In this document: positions 45,201 to 54,850 of the stretch, in pieces
Position numbering within the stretch: the first letter of the stretch is position 1
Layout of the letters: each line of letters begins with the position of its first letter
Source of the DNA: Candidatus Sungiibacteriota bacterium
GTDB lineage: Bacteria > Patescibacteriota > Minisyncoccia > Sungbacterales > HO2-52-23
Length of the DNA stretch: 64,000 nucleotides
Direction: 5' to 3'
NCBI GenBank assembly: GCA_016180435.1
Contig: JACPBG010000002.1
Span: forward strand, 144,682 to 208,681
Program-made: the position numbers and the translations under genes
The notes under the pieces: model-generated
What the model was told of the DNA's origin: nothing
What the model saw: only the letters and a program-made list of their open reading frames with translations
Databases searched by the model: none

Positions 45201-48200
45201 GGGACGGGCTCATTGGCATAAAAACCATTACCAAAGATACGACTGCCAAGACCATTACTTTAACTTTGGATACGGCCACGCGTTCGGAATTGGGAGATAC
45301 GCATGACTTTTTGCGCTTGGCGTTAAATGACATTAAAAATCCCTCGGTTCCCAAAGGCATAGACAGTTCCGGATATGCTCTGGATATAAAAACCAAAAGT
45401 TCAGCCGGCGCTATTCTGGAAACATTTACTTCCAATCCGATCTTTGTTTCCGGCGGAGCAGTGGGAGGATCGGCCACCACCACGATCAGGGGCAAAATTT
45501 CAGGGGATAGCGAGAATTTAGCCGGAGTTTCGGTGCGCATAATGTCTCCGCAAATCGGGATGCTGGAATCAACCACGGATGCCAATGGCGATTACCAGTT
45601 CTTGAATGTGCCGGTCAATGATCAGATTTCAAGCTTTGGCGGGGCCGGGGCGGAATATTTCTTTTTTACCGATCCCTTTATTGATCCGACCAATACCGCC
45701 ACGGACTTTTTTGGCAATCCCCAGCCGATTCCCATACGCGCAACCTCAACCAGTATTGTTACCCAGAATTTAACTCTGACCCCGACAACGCAGGCCGTGA
45801 ATTTCACTGTAAAAATTACCGGAAATAATTTAACTAATGCGATTTTCAAAGTCGGGGAGTCGGTGGATGTTTTTGCCGGCGGGCCATCCAAATTCGTGGT
45901 AAAGACCGTTTCAACGAGCGCCACGAATTATAGCGCTACTACTCTTACAACCATGCCTATTCCTCAAACCAACGGAATTTGGGGCATTGGCTTGGGTCCG
46001 GCTATGCCCAAAGGCATGGGTAGTATGAATTTCGGTCCTCCGCCCTCGCCCCTATGGGTTGTGCCCAAGCCGGTTGAAGTTGAAGTTAGCGGATGTCCGG
46101 ATGCGTGTACATCTACCATTAATGGAAGCACGGCAACGTCCTATACGTTTACAGTTTCAGTTGCTAACCGTCCGATCACCGGAATTTTAAAAGACGGATC
46201 AGGCAATGTGATTTCCGGAGCCGAAGTGTTTGCCTTTTCTCCGGCAGCCGGCATTGGCAATCACATTCAGACCGCGCCCAATGGAGTATTTACGGTTTTG
46301 GTGACCGACGGTTCATTTAATGTGGGAGCCTTTATTCCGGGAATCGGAAGTTCATCTGAAATTCCGGTAACAGTCAACGCCTCCGGAGTATTTGTGAACG
46401 GTTCCACAACCGCATCCACCGGCGCTACGGGCGCCAATCCGTTTGTTTTGACTATTAAAAAGCCGAGTTTCACCATTACCGGTCGGGTGAGCGACGGTTC
46501 CAGTGCCGTATCCAATGCTCCGGTGTTCTCGTATCGCACTGATGCGCCCGGACACGCGGATGCGGTTACCGATTCTTCCGGAAATTATACTTTATATGTG
46601 GATAACGGCACCTGGAAAGTGAATGCGTTTGTGCCGGGATTTGGTCCAGCCGGGGAGCAGACCGCGACTATCAGCGGATCTTCCAAGTCCGGAGTAAATT
46701 TCTCGCCTTCCACCTCGGTTACTTTCCGCACCATAACCGGAATTGTGTTTGAATCCGCGGATGCTGCGATTGCCACTTCCACCGAAGGAGTTTCCGGAGT
46801 TGTAGTTCGGGTATCCGGCGCCAATGGCACGAATGAGGCCTTGACCGGATCAGACGGCACTTTTACGATCCGCGTTCCGTCCGGATCCTACAATATCGTG
46901 GATATTTTCAAGCCCGGTTATGGCAGAATTCCTCCGCTAAATCATGCGCTGTCCGCTATTGGCGCAATTGACGTATCAAGCGGAAATGCTTACCAGCCGA
47001 TCCGCATAAATTCGCGCAGCACCGTTACCATAACGGTAAAAGATTCAAGCGGCAGTCCGCTTACCGTATCCAAGGCATTCATTGACCTTTTTGACGCCAA
47101 TAAGAACTTTGGAAATCATGCGGTAATTACCAATGGCACCACCACCACGATCCAAATTTCGCAAGGAGCATCTTCAACCATACGCGCCTTTGTGGAAGGA
47201 GTTCCTCAAGCCAATGTTTCGGTGGCATCCGATGCCGGCGCCGGGACTTTGGTACTGTCCGGGGTTTTGGAAGTAAACGCCGCAACCGAAGCCATAAAGA
47301 TTACGGTAAATACCAATACTGCGGCTTTGCATTCGGTTTCCGGAACGGTTTATGCCGGATCGGTTGCCGCGGGCAATGAATTGGCGGATGCCTGGGTGCA
47401 GTTTGTGGATTCTTCCAATAACGTGCATTTCGGAACTCAAGCAACTTCTTCCGGAATATATTCTTTGCGCGTGGCCAGCAGTACCTATCAAGTAGCGGCC
47501 ATGAAACCCGGATACATCAGCACTCCCGCATCCATTACTATAAATGCCGCAACTTCCAGCACACATGTTGTAGTGGTCCAGGCCGCCTCCAGCATCAAAG
47601 GATCAATCACGGCCGGGGGATCAGCTGCTTCGGGTGCTTTTGTCTGGGCGGAGAAACTTGGCGGAGGATTTGCATCCAGCCGCACTGATACGTCCGGAAC
47701 ATATACCCTAACCGTGGATTCCGGCCAGTGGAAAGTATTTGCCGCGGCTGAAGGGTACACCAAGGCCGCTTATTCTTCCAATCCGGCATCAGCCGGCGCC
47801 AGCGGCATAGATATTGCCCTGACTTCTCTGGCCAGCAGTATTAGTTCAACTTTGGTTACGTCTAATACTTTTTCGGATAATTCAACCGGAGTTTTGTCCG
47901 ATTCCACTTTGGGGGTTAAAGTGTCGCTTGATTCTGGGGCGCTCGGATCAGCCGGAACCAATGCCTATGTTACGGCTAAAGAAACCTCCAATGTTCCCGA
48001 GACCCTTGATACCAATATCATCGGCGATAAAGGAATTGATATTGATGCGGTAAACGGATCAAGCGCAGTTACTAAACTGCAAACCGGCAAAAGCGCTGAA
48101 ATTACCATGAATTATACTAAGACCGAACTTGCCGCAGACGGAATTGATACTACGGACGAAGTTGCGGCTCTGAAAGTTGTGAGCTGGAGCGATGATAAAA

Positions 48201-49477
48201 AGTCCTGGGAATCGCTGACCACTGTCGCGACATATAAAGATGCGGACGGCAATCCGGTGGCAACACCAACGTCCAATCTTTCCAATGTGACCAGCGTTGA
48301 TTTCACTACCGTCGGCGCATCTCACTTTTCCGAATACGCCTTGTCATCTCCGACCAATTCCGATGCTCCGGCCATTCCCACCGGACTTGCGGTTAGCGAC
48401 AGCGGTACCACCGCCACCCTTACTTGGACCGCTAACACCGAATCGGATTTGTCCGGATACTTTATTTATCGTGATACCACTGCGGCCGGATCTTTCCCGC
48501 AACTTGCGCAGGTTGGCGCGGTAACCACTTATTCCAGCACCGGACTTACGGCGGGCCAGACATATTATTATAAGATTTCCGCTTTTGATACGGCCAGTAA
48601 CGAATCAGCTGCCAGCGCATCCAAATATGTTACGATTGCTCCGTCATCCGGAGGTTCAAGCAGCGGCGGTGGAGCAAGCGGCGGCGGCGGAGGCGGAGGA
48701 GGTGTTTCTTCGGTATCTGTATCTACACCCACGCCTACGCCCACATCCACACCCACACCTATTTCTGCATTAACATCAGTTACAACACCAGCGCCTTTTG
48801 CAGTAGCATCGCCTCCGGCGTCTGTTGTCGCTAAACCATCCGCGGTTGCCATAGCCGCATCCCCGGTATTTAACTCGGATCTTGAGTTTGGCATGCGCGG
48901 GGAGGATGTCAGGCGTTTGCAGGAATTGTTGCGGCAAGACCCGGAAATTTATCCGGATGGAATTGTGAGCGGATATTTCGGCCCCTTGACCGCGCAGGCC
49001 GTAAGAAAATTCCAGGAAAAATACGGGCTTCCGGCGGTGGGAAGAGTTGGACCGCTAACCCGAGAAAAATTGAGCAGAGCATTTGGGCAAAGCGTACCTG
49101 CGCCTGAAGTTGCTAAGCCCTCTTCGGTCGCCGTATCCGCATCCCCGGTATTTAACTCGGATCTTGAACCCGGTATGCGCGGGGAGGATGTCAGGCGTTT
49201 GCAGGAATTATTGCGGCAAGACCCGGAAATTTATCCGGATGGAATTGTGAGCGGATATTTCGGCCCCTTGACCGCGCAGGCAGTCAGGCGTTTCCAAATA
49301 AAGCATGGTCTGCCATCTCCCGGGCGGGTAGGGCCGCAAACCAGAACTAAACTTCAAGAGGCGTTCGGCGGCGCATCATCACTTTCTGCTCCGTTGGTTT
49401 CTCCCGATGAACGTATCCGTGAATTACAGGAAAAACTCCGCTTGCTTCAGGAACAAGTTCAAAAGCTCCTGCGTTAA
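42227..49477 (+). CDS. Giant secreted cell-surface protein (2416 aa): Big/Ig-like, CarboxypepD_reg-like, FN3, Gly/Ser and PT linkers, two C-terminal peptidoglycan-binding domains
   Basis: Probable start MGFLPAIFAGVFLILAGPAQA (~42347). Repeated Ig-like segments. SGNYTLYVDNGTWKV and SGIYSLRVASSTYQV are CarboxypepD_reg-like. FN3 (LTWTANTESDLSGYFIYRD...TYYYKISAFDTASNES). GGSSSGGGASGGGGGGGGVS and TPTPTPTSTPTP linkers. Tandem GEDVRRLQELLRQDPEIYPDGIVSGYFGPLTAQAVRKFQ PG-binding domains. Confidence 0.75.
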   Translation: MHNIKRLFTPLLDCGVWNLTENMNDHCDKPAVRPRGIQVMGFLPAIFAGVFLILAGPAQAAISIAAPPIDAIFGDKTAGGGSYMPLMKFQLNQSSGSDTLSSVRVAIYSTTTPNNLTTGEINKLYLFKESGAHFDFQPGEDIQVNTGANEVTDPATSTAVTITVDADKNTVGTSPTEYYIVGRATTSAATAAGKITNGHALYATTSANWLTTSAVSLGSEFIGQRKITLEQSAALKISEVRLGTTGNAGNEFIELYNTSDFPVDLSLLPLNLYIFDASGGAGLKSLTYFKKIIPAKGFFLIASETNYSGATPPDAVYTTFSGNTLISDTGLAIATSSAVANATSSDIDRIAWGAQPAANAEGTALADLAADRSYERKASTTSTNATMAPGGIDAGKGNGHDVDANSTDFVEQTGAGVNPQNSSSPHEFSFGGGVIDSEKPFVGGSYPGPNQTGVPVDMPFIGFGFNKVVATGTIISATATSTVTLTAAGSGTNLCTSVSYNPFPSNFEPPAKCNLSAQLLISTTYTFTVATSVADLSGNALDQDSFLAGNQAHQFTFSTGGAGQTITNTIPPAVTGTNPFPGGINIPTNIAKISVKFSQSTMDTSTLNATNITLSGATLSGFSFDATTSLLSIVPSSLVANTSYTLTVGTGVKNLNGIFMPGPYITTFKTGGGADYTAPNVVGVLPTPGTTLPLNAVDFVFSTDDHLDPSTATSGAVTLSFGGSNLPGAVSYDSVAKEGHFTATNPLLAGAANNLVLTLVGGALKNITGSTTAAVVRAWSTEGANSDSTGPTVIFANSDPFGLAVTFNEAVKETDAKTLANYSLTVGGSSLPLSSFAGHTISYDVSRRTSKISGVFLSPGAVFNISASNIRDISGNAMSGSSAATSTVMTGAASGGFLGPGESTGNYGPDIKDFSSSGIGFMPGTRVMPINAFISASTTYGFELPLSKQISANGTIVITFPSSSDFGVCCAATSSASNPFISEQNKDINGPGDGLIGIKTITKDTTAKTITLTLDTATRSELGDTHDFLRLALNDIKNPSVPKGIDSSGYALDIKTKSSAGAILETFTSNPIFVSGGAVGGSATTTIRGKISGDSENLAGVSVRIMSPQIGMLESTTDANGDYQFLNVPVNDQISSFGGAGAEYFFFTDPFIDPTNTATDFFGNPQPIPIRATSTSIVTQNLTLTPTTQAVNFTVKITGNNLTNAIFKVGESVDVFAGGPSKFVVKTVSTSATNYSATTLTTMPIPQTNGIWGIGLGPAMPKGMGSMNFGPPPSPLWVVPKPVEVEVSGCPDACTSTINGSTATSYTFTVSVANRPITGILKDGSGNVISGAEVFAFSPAAGIGNHIQTAPNGVFTVLVTDGSFNVGAFIPGIGSSSEIPVTVNASGVFVNGSTTASTGATGANPFVLTIKKPSFTITGRVSDGSSAVSNAPVFSYRTDAPGHADAVTDSSGNYTLYVDNGTWKVNAFVPGFGPAGEQTATISGSSKSGVNFSPSTSVTFRTITGIVFESADAAIATSTEGVSGVVVRVSGANGTNEALTGSDGTFTIRVPSGSYNIVDIFKPGYGRIPPLNHALSAIGAIDVSSGNAYQPIRINSRSTVTITVKDSSGSPLTVSKAFIDLFDANKNFGNHAVITNGTTTTIQISQGASSTIRAFVEGVPQANVSVASDAGAGTLVLSGVLEVNAATEAIKITVNTNTAALHSVSGTVYAGSVAAGNELADAWVQFVDSSNNVHFGTQATSSGIYSLRVASSTYQVAAMKPGYISTPASITINAATSSTHVVVVQAASSIKGSITAGGSAASGAFVWAEKLGGGFASSRTDTSGTYTLTVDSGQWKVFAAAEGYTKAAYSSNPASAGASGIDIALTSLASSISSTLVTSNTFSDNSTGVLSDSTLGVKVSLDSGALGSAGTNAYVTAKETSNVPETLDTNIIGDKGIDIDAVNGSSAVTKLQTGKSAEITMNYTKTELAADGIDTTDEVAALKVVSWSDDKKSWESLTTVATYKDADGNPVATPTSNLSNVTSVDFTTVGASHFSEYALSSPTNSDAPAIPTGLAVSDSGTTATLTWTANTESDLSGYFIYRDTTAAGSFPQLAQVGAVTTYSSTGLTAGQTYYYKISAFDTASNESAASASKYVTIAPSSGGSSSGGGASGGGGGGGGVSSVSVSTPTPTPTSTPTPISALTSVTTPAPFAVASPPASVVAKPSAVAIAASPVFNSDLEFGMRGEDVRRLQELLRQDPEIYPDGIVSGYFGPLTAQAVRKFQEKYGLPAVGRVGPLTREKLSRAFGQSVPAPEVAKPSSVAVSASPVFNSDLEPGMRGEDVRRLQELLRQDPEIYPDGIVSGYFGPLTAQAVRRFQIKHGLPSPGRVGPQTRTKLQEAFGGASSLSAPLVSPDERIRELQEKLRLLQEQVQKLLR
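48857..49295 (+). repeat. Tandem duplication (~282-nt period, two copies about 95% identical over ~155 nt) encoding two peptidoglycan-binding domains at the C-terminus of the giant protein
   Basis: gcatccccggtatttaactcggatcttga...gatatttcggccccttgaccgcgcaggc is repeated at 48857 and 49139. Confidence 0.6.
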
Positions 49478-49482
49478 AATAT

Positions 49483-49550
49483 AAAAACTAAGTTTCCAAA
49501 CGGGAACTTAGTTTTTATCGAAACCGAGTTTCCTGCGGAAACTCGGTTTC
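49483..49550 (+). terminator. Two consecutive hairpins after the giant gene: a rho-independent terminator (AAAAACTAAGTTTCC-aaac-GGGAACTTAGTTTTT) followed by a perfect 14-bp hairpin
   Basis: First stem runs into a T-run (49483-49516). Second is GAAACCGAGTTTCC-tgc-GGAAACTCGGTTTC (49520-49550). Confidence 0.55.
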
Positions 49551-49560
49551 TTAGTTTTTG

Positions 49561-49657
49561 CCCCGTTAGAGATTTATAGAATATCGAACCCAGTTAAGAA
49601 AAAAATCATATTTTCATCTATATAGTTGGGTCTTGTCGCTCCATATCTCTAACGGGG
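49561..49657. repeat. MITE-like element with terminal inverted repeats CCCCGTTAGAGATTTA ... ATATCTCTAACGGGG
   Basis: Terminal inverted repeats identical to the copy at 24074..24174. AT-rich interior. Lies between the terminators of the giant gene and the 3' end of the minus-strand gene 49675..50187. Confidence 0.6.
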
Positions 49658-49674
49658 TTTGCTGCAAGCATCAA

Positions 49675-50187
49675 TTATTTAATAATTGTTCCAATTCGTA
49701 TAATCAGGGCAGCTAGCGCATTAGTCACTACGGTTTGATATATGGGAGACAGGTGATAATATTCCGAAAAATATACGGCCGCACTGGCAGTAATTAGAAA
49801 CATTATCCAAATATGGGCAAAAAGTTCTCCCCAACGCCGTCTGATTTGACGGCCGCGCCTGCGTTCTATTTCTTTTACCACCACATACACCCCCAGCGCC
49901 CCTAAATACGGTTCCGATAGGGTATCAACGATATAGGGAATGGAACGAGGCAGTTGGCGTTCAAAGAAAAATACCAGGACGATCGCGGCCAGATAAAGAT
50001 AAGTAAAAATGCTTAATGCATAATAGAGAAGATCCACGAGATTGTCCCGCAGGTATTGTTTCAATGCCGTTTGAACCCTCTCCAGGAGAGGTTCTTCGCG
50101 CATAATAAAATCGTCATTATTGAATTGTATCCCCCCTCTGAAAAAGAGGAGTTCTGTCCACCAAGCCATATCAAGGTCCTTCTCCAA
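49675..50187 (-). CDS. Hypothetical polytopic membrane protein
   Basis: Four predicted TM helices (YYALSIFTYLYLAAIVLVFFF; HIWIMFLITASAAVYF; VVTNALAALIIRIGTII). Confidence 0.45.
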   Translation of the reverse strand: MEKDLDMAWWTELLFFRGGIQFNNDDFIMREEPLLERVQTALKQYLRDNLVDLLYYALSIFTYLYLAAIVLVFFFERQLPRSIPYIVDTLSEPYLGALGVYVVVKEIERRRGRQIRRRWGELFAHIWIMFLITASAAVYFSEYYHLSPIYQTVVTNALAALIIRIGTIIK

Positions 50188-50535
50188 ACTGGATCTTGAT
50201 ATAACTTGGAAAATTCTTGGCGTAAACCCCGCACATTCCCATCCTTACGCAGATTTTTGTCAGTTGTTATCCAAAGGTTTTGCAGTGCTTTTCCACCGCC
50301 TTATGACTAAAAATCCCCCTCTTCTGCGCGAAAGCGTAAAAGAAGGGGATGTCAAAGGGCTTGACAGATCCTCCGATACATAGCATTTCTACAAAAATAA
50401 GTTGTGAAAAGTGCGGTATATTTGCGGTATTTCCTCCTTCTATATTCATTATACCACGATTTATAAAATAGTTAAATTCTACAATGTGGAAAAGGTGGAA
50501 AGAATATATATTTTTATCATGGTAAAATATAAGTC

Positions 50536-50799
50536 ATGGCGAATTCCATAACCCTTGAAGTGTTGGCGTCTCCGGGATGCCATGTTTGCCGGACTTTTGA
50601 GGAATTCTGGCATTCTATTGAAAAGGATTGGCCCGGCGTTGCGTTCCGTAAGCTGGATATAACCGAGCCGGAGGGGCAGGAAATGGCGCAAAAATATATG
50701 ATTTTATCATCGCCGGGAATCGTTATAAACGGCGAACTTTGGGCTAGCGGAGGATTTGACCGCGATAAATTCATTGCGAAATTAAAGGAACTTTCGTAA
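50536..50799 (+). CDS. Thioredoxin-fold CxxC protein (Thioredoxin_3/glutaredoxin-like)
   Basis: ASPGCHVCRTFEEFW has a CxxC active site at a beta-alpha junction. 87 aa with a thioredoxin-like secondary-structure pattern. Confidence 0.6.
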   Translation: MANSITLEVLASPGCHVCRTFEEFWHSIEKDWPGVAFRKLDITEPEGQEMAQKYMILSSPGIVINGELWASGGFDRDKFIAKLKELS

Positions 50800-50801
50800 A
50801 C

Positions 50802-52016
50802 ATGGAATGTATAAAAGGGAAAGTCAAAAAACATCAAATTATCTCTGCGTTAGCCGTTGGCGGCATCGCATTTGCCGCTTTGAATTTTAATAATCCGCCG
50901 CTCTTTACTGATTTGAGCGGCTTCGTTCTTTTCGCCCAAGAAGAAATTAAACTTGAACAGGGTGTTCAGGTATCAAGCGGAGACCTCGGTTCTAACGGAA
51001 AAATAGACATTGAAAAAGACGTTATCGTAAACGGCAATCTTTTTGCCAAAGAAATCTCCATAGACAAAAATTCAACAATAAACGGCGATGCCTCGTTTAA
51101 CAAATTAAAACTTCATAAAGAAGCTCAAATTCTTGGAACGCAAACCAGACCGATACAACTTCCCGTAGCTAACTTACCGGAAATAACGCCTTTTAACATC
51201 GGCACGCAGAATTTCAATTTCACCGGCGCGACAAATACTCTTTTTGCCGGAAACTATCGCGACATTGTGATTGGAAAAAATAGCCGCCTTGTACTCGACG
51301 GCGGCACTTATAATCTTCGCAAACTGGAACTTAAAGACGGAGCTATTTTAATTTTCAACGCCTCAACTACCCTTAATATTCAATTCAAACTTCGTGGAAA
51401 AGATCATGTTTCCATTCTCCCTGGCCTAAATATCAAGCCCGACGACCTTAAAATCAATTATTTGGGTATCCGGCCAAAGAAAGAAAAAATCGAGAAAGAA
51501 GATGATGACAACGAAATTGAATCAGAAATGGATAGCCAAGAAAAGAAAGACCACAAAGCCGGGAAAATAGGCCGTCCCGTAGTATTCGGCAAAAATTCAT
51601 TTCTGAATTTCAAACTCCTGGCGCCCAAGGCTAAAGTTAAGATTGAAAAAGAATCAACCCTGCGAGGGCAGGTTCTTGCGAGGAAGATTAGGATAGGGAA
51701 GGATGGGGTTTTGAGCAGAGAACAAACGGGATTCAGTATCGCAAGGCCGGAAGATATTATCACTGATCCTGACGGCGGCGTTTATCCAATCAATGAGTTA
51801 TTGATTTCTTTAACGCCGGAAGCGACTATTTTAGATGCTCAAGCTATAGCCATAAGCATAAGCGGCCGAATTATTGGCATTGTTTCTTCGATTAATCTTT
51901 ATCAAATTGAGATTCCCGTAGGATCAATCCAAGAGTTAGAAAATTTGATTAGCATGTTACGGAGCAACTCTAAGGTCGATGGGGTATTTAGAAATTTTGT
52001 CATAGAAATGCAATGA
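50802..52016 (+). CDS. Membrane-anchored hypothetical protein with a beta-helix-like repeat region (bactofilin-like pattern) and an acidic stretch; translationally coupled to the S8 protease gene
   Basis: N-terminal TM ISALAVGGIAFAALNF. VSSGDLGSNGKIDIEKDVIVNGNLFAKEISIDKNSTINGDASF has periodic G/N/D-h-x-h. KEKIEKEDDDNEIESEMDSQEKKDHK. Stop overlaps the next ATG (ATGA at 52013). Confidence 0.45.
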   Translation: MECIKGKVKKHQIISALAVGGIAFAALNFNNPPLFTDLSGFVLFAQEEIKLEQGVQVSSGDLGSNGKIDIEKDVIVNGNLFAKEISIDKNSTINGDASFNKLKLHKEAQILGTQTRPIQLPVANLPEITPFNIGTQNFNFTGATNTLFAGNYRDIVIGKNSRLVLDGGTYNLRKLELKDGAILIFNASTTLNIQFKLRGKDHVSILPGLNIKPDDLKINYLGIRPKKEKIEKEDDDNEIESEMDSQEKKDHKAGKIGRPVVFGKNSFLNFKLLAPKAKVKIEKESTLRGQVLARKIRIGKDGVLSREQTGFSIARPEDIITDPDGGVYPINELLISLTPEATILDAQAIAISISGRIIGIVSSINLYQIEIPVGSIQELENLISMLRSNSKVDGVFRNFVIEMQ

Positions 52017-54289
52017 ACGCTCATTTCATAAAAAAAACTTTATTTAACGTGGGGGTATTAGTATTGTCTTTAATCAGTGGTTTCGTTATTACATTTTTAT
52101 CCGTTTGGGTTCCGTTGGATGGACCACAAATAGGCACTATCAACTGTGGTTTTCCATCCGGCTTGCCGTTTTCTTTCCGAGGTACTTGGAAATATCTCTC
52201 CGGACCGCCGCATCCTCTTTGTGCATTGGCTTTTGATTCGATTGCTTGGATGGCGGATATAATTTTTTGGGCAGGGGTTATATATTTGATTTCAGTTCTT
52301 CTAAAAAAAGCCGCTAAACATTTTCGTATTATATTGAACGAGGGTAGGATTATTGCTATTTTGATTATTTTTATATTAGTTCTTTTGGTTGTATTGATAC
52401 GAAATACTAATGCTCAATCCGCTGGCAGATTTGATTTGAAAAATCTGAGAGACCAAAATCCTCTTTTAACAAAAGCGTATGATATTATACGGCTTCAAGA
52501 AGCATGGGAAAAAATTATACAATCCAATTTCACTTCGTTTGTGGCAGTGATCATAGGAATTATGGATACGGGTGTTGATCCAGATCACCAAGAATTTAAT
52601 GGGCCACAAGTAAATTTGGGTTCATTTACCCGTTCGGTATTATTTGATTTCGATCCGGGTGGTCACGGCACACAGATAGCGGGGATTATTGGCGCAAATA
52701 ATGTTTTGGGAACCGCCACTCTACCCTTAAATAGTCCGCAAATGAACGGAATTTTATCAGGCGTTCTTAACGAAAATAACTATGTATTAGAGATAAGACA
52801 GATAGGCGGGCAAATTCAAATTTCCGCATTTGCGGCTATCGAATCTGTCATTCGCCGTAATGCACAAAGCGTTAATATGAGTTTCGGTGGAGCGCTTTGT
52901 GATGCCTTGTCCATTTTTAGCGATAGGGGATGTTATAAGACAGCGGTAGAATTCACTGATGCTTTTAGTAGTTATAAACGACTTTTTCAGCAGGCGTCTA
53001 GTACTATTTTTGTTGCGGGTGCGGGTAATGATAACTTTGATGCGTCTCAGTCTTTGCCTGGCGCTTTAAGTTTATTGAGTAATGTCATAACCGTTGGTGC
53101 TACTGATTTAGATGATAAAAGAGCGGTATTTGTTTCTCCTGAAAAAAGCAATTTTGGTTCTGTGGTGAACATCTCTGCCCCGGGTAAAAATGTTTATGCT
53201 CCAAAACCGGGCGGTGATTATGACAAACCGGACGTAATTAATGGTGAGGCGGTGGGCGGTTTCTCCGGCACCTCCGCCTCGGCTCCTATGGTTACGGGAG
53301 TCGCGGGATTAATCAAGGCTATAAAGCCAAGTCTTTCTCCTGCAGAAATCAAACAAATCCTTACCGAGTCCGCAGATCCGATTACCGCAAGCACTACGGA
53401 CGAAATAGATAAGAAGTTGGGATCGGCTTGTAATGACGGCAGGCCGGGTTTTCGTGGCTGCCGCCTTAATGCCGAGAAAGCAGTGTGTCATGCGTTGGTC
53501 GGGTTAGATTGCGTTCCACCGCCTCCTTTGGAAGAGGGGTTCATAGTGTTTGTTTTTCCGAAAATTGGCATTCCTACTAAATTGATTCGTATCACAGCAG
53601 ATGGAACTAAAACAGATATATTTGATTTCGGTAAACGTATTTCTGGTGATGGAGTAGTTGTAGACAGCAATGGTGATTTTATCGTACTTGCTACAAATGA
53701 ATTGTTGCGAATAACAGCCGAGGGTGTAGCAACGCGTATCTTCGGTGATAACATCCCTGTTGGCACGAGATGTGGACTTGCAATTGATTTTAACGGCAAT
53801 TTTATAGTTGTGGCAAATTCAGTACTATCTCGGATTACTCCTGAAGGAATACAGACCGAGATATTTAGATTTCCGCCCGAAACAGAACCCAGGGGTATAG
53901 CGGTCGCACTAAATGGAGATTTTATTGTTGCTGAGGCATTTCCCGACGATCGGTTAGTACGAATAACGCCATCAGGTATTCTCAGCGAGATTGTGAGTTT
54001 TAAACCCGAGAATAATCCTACGGGCGTATCAATTGATGCTAACGGTGATTTCATAGTTGCTATTCAGAGCCAAAGTAAGCTTTATCGGGTAAGCCCAGAT
54101 GGAATGCGTACGGAAATTCTTCATTTTGGTTTATTCCCTGAATGTGTAGTGATCGATAGAAATGGCGATTTTATTATTACAGAATTTGGTACTAACATAC
54201 TTTCCAGAATTACACGACAAGGTGTGCGAATCCCGCTAGTTAAATTTGATCCACAACAACTAGGTTTTGGTGTGACGATTGCCCCATAA
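52013..54289 (+). CDS. Membrane-anchored subtilisin-like (S8) serine peptidase fused to a C-terminal NHL-like beta-propeller
   Basis: N-terminal TM helices. Catalytic Asp VAVIIGIMDTGVD, His GGHGTQIAGIIGA, Ser GTSASAPMVTGVAGL. Six to seven C-terminal repeats containing NGDFI(V/I) and RIT(P/A)(E/D)G. Confidence 0.8.
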   Translation: MNAHFIKKTLFNVGVLVLSLISGFVITFLSVWVPLDGPQIGTINCGFPSGLPFSFRGTWKYLSGPPHPLCALAFDSIAWMADIIFWAGVIYLISVLLKKAAKHFRIILNEGRIIAILIIFILVLLVVLIRNTNAQSAGRFDLKNLRDQNPLLTKAYDIIRLQEAWEKIIQSNFTSFVAVIIGIMDTGVDPDHQEFNGPQVNLGSFTRSVLFDFDPGGHGTQIAGIIGANNVLGTATLPLNSPQMNGILSGVLNENNYVLEIRQIGGQIQISAFAAIESVIRRNAQSVNMSFGGALCDALSIFSDRGCYKTAVEFTDAFSSYKRLFQQASSTIFVAGAGNDNFDASQSLPGALSLLSNVITVGATDLDDKRAVFVSPEKSNFGSVVNISAPGKNVYAPKPGGDYDKPDVINGEAVGGFSGTSASAPMVTGVAGLIKAIKPSLSPAEIKQILTESADPITASTTDEIDKKLGSACNDGRPGFRGCRLNAEKAVCHALVGLDCVPPPPLEEGFIVFVFPKIGIPTKLIRITADGTKTDIFDFGKRISGDGVVVDSNGDFIVLATNELLRITAEGVATRIFGDNIPVGTRCGLAIDFNGNFIVVANSVLSRITPEGIQTEIFRFPPETEPRGIAVALNGDFIVAEAFPDDRLVRITPSGILSEIVSFKPENNPTGVSIDANGDFIVAIQSQSKLYRVSPDGMRTEILHFGLFPECVVIDRNGDFIITEFGTNILSRITRQGVRIPLVKFDPQQLGFGVTIAP

Positions 54290-54325
54290 ATTGGTTTGAC
54301 ACCCACCTATGTGGCATCATAAATT

Positions 54326-54760
54326 ATGAATTTTTTATCGAAAATTAATCCGGAGTGGCCTTTGCGCCTTGGCCTTGGTATAATGTATTTGTATTCGGGT
54401 TATGATCTGATGTTAAACCCCAGTGCCTGGATTTGGGCTGTGCCCTGGTGGTTTTCAAAAATAGTAACTTTTTTAATGCCGCTTGATTCTTATTTACGAT
54501 TGCAGGGCGCAGGAGAGTTTATTATGGGAGTTTTGTTTCTGGCCCCATTAGAATTAATTTTAACGGGGCGAGCGTGGTTTTCTATCAGACATGTATTACG
54601 GGTTGTTTCTATACTGGCGGTGATTGAGCTTGTTGGCATACTTATTTTTACGGGGATTGGGCCGATTACCTTTCGTGATATCGGGCTTTTGGGAGGGGCG
54701 ATTGCGCTCTTAGTTATGACGTTTTCTACCCAAAGAGAAATTTCAGGTAAAGTCGAATAA
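54326..54760 (+). CDS. Small DoxX-like polytopic membrane protein
   Basis: LRLGLGIMYLYSGYDLMLNP with four TM helices; similar topology to the 24265 protein. Confidence 0.4.
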   Translation: MNFLSKINPEWPLRLGLGIMYLYSGYDLMLNPSAWIWAVPWWFSKIVTFLMPLDSYLRLQGAGEFIMGVLFLAPLELILTGRAWFSIRHVLRVVSILAVIELVGILIFTGIGPITFRDIGLLGGAIALLVMTFSTQREISGKVE

Positions 54761-54850
54761 TATTTATTGTTCGAGCGGGTCGAGAACTTACATTATCCCA
54801 TGATACTTCTCGACTTCACCCCGGTTTGCTCGAAGAATAATTAAAAATTT

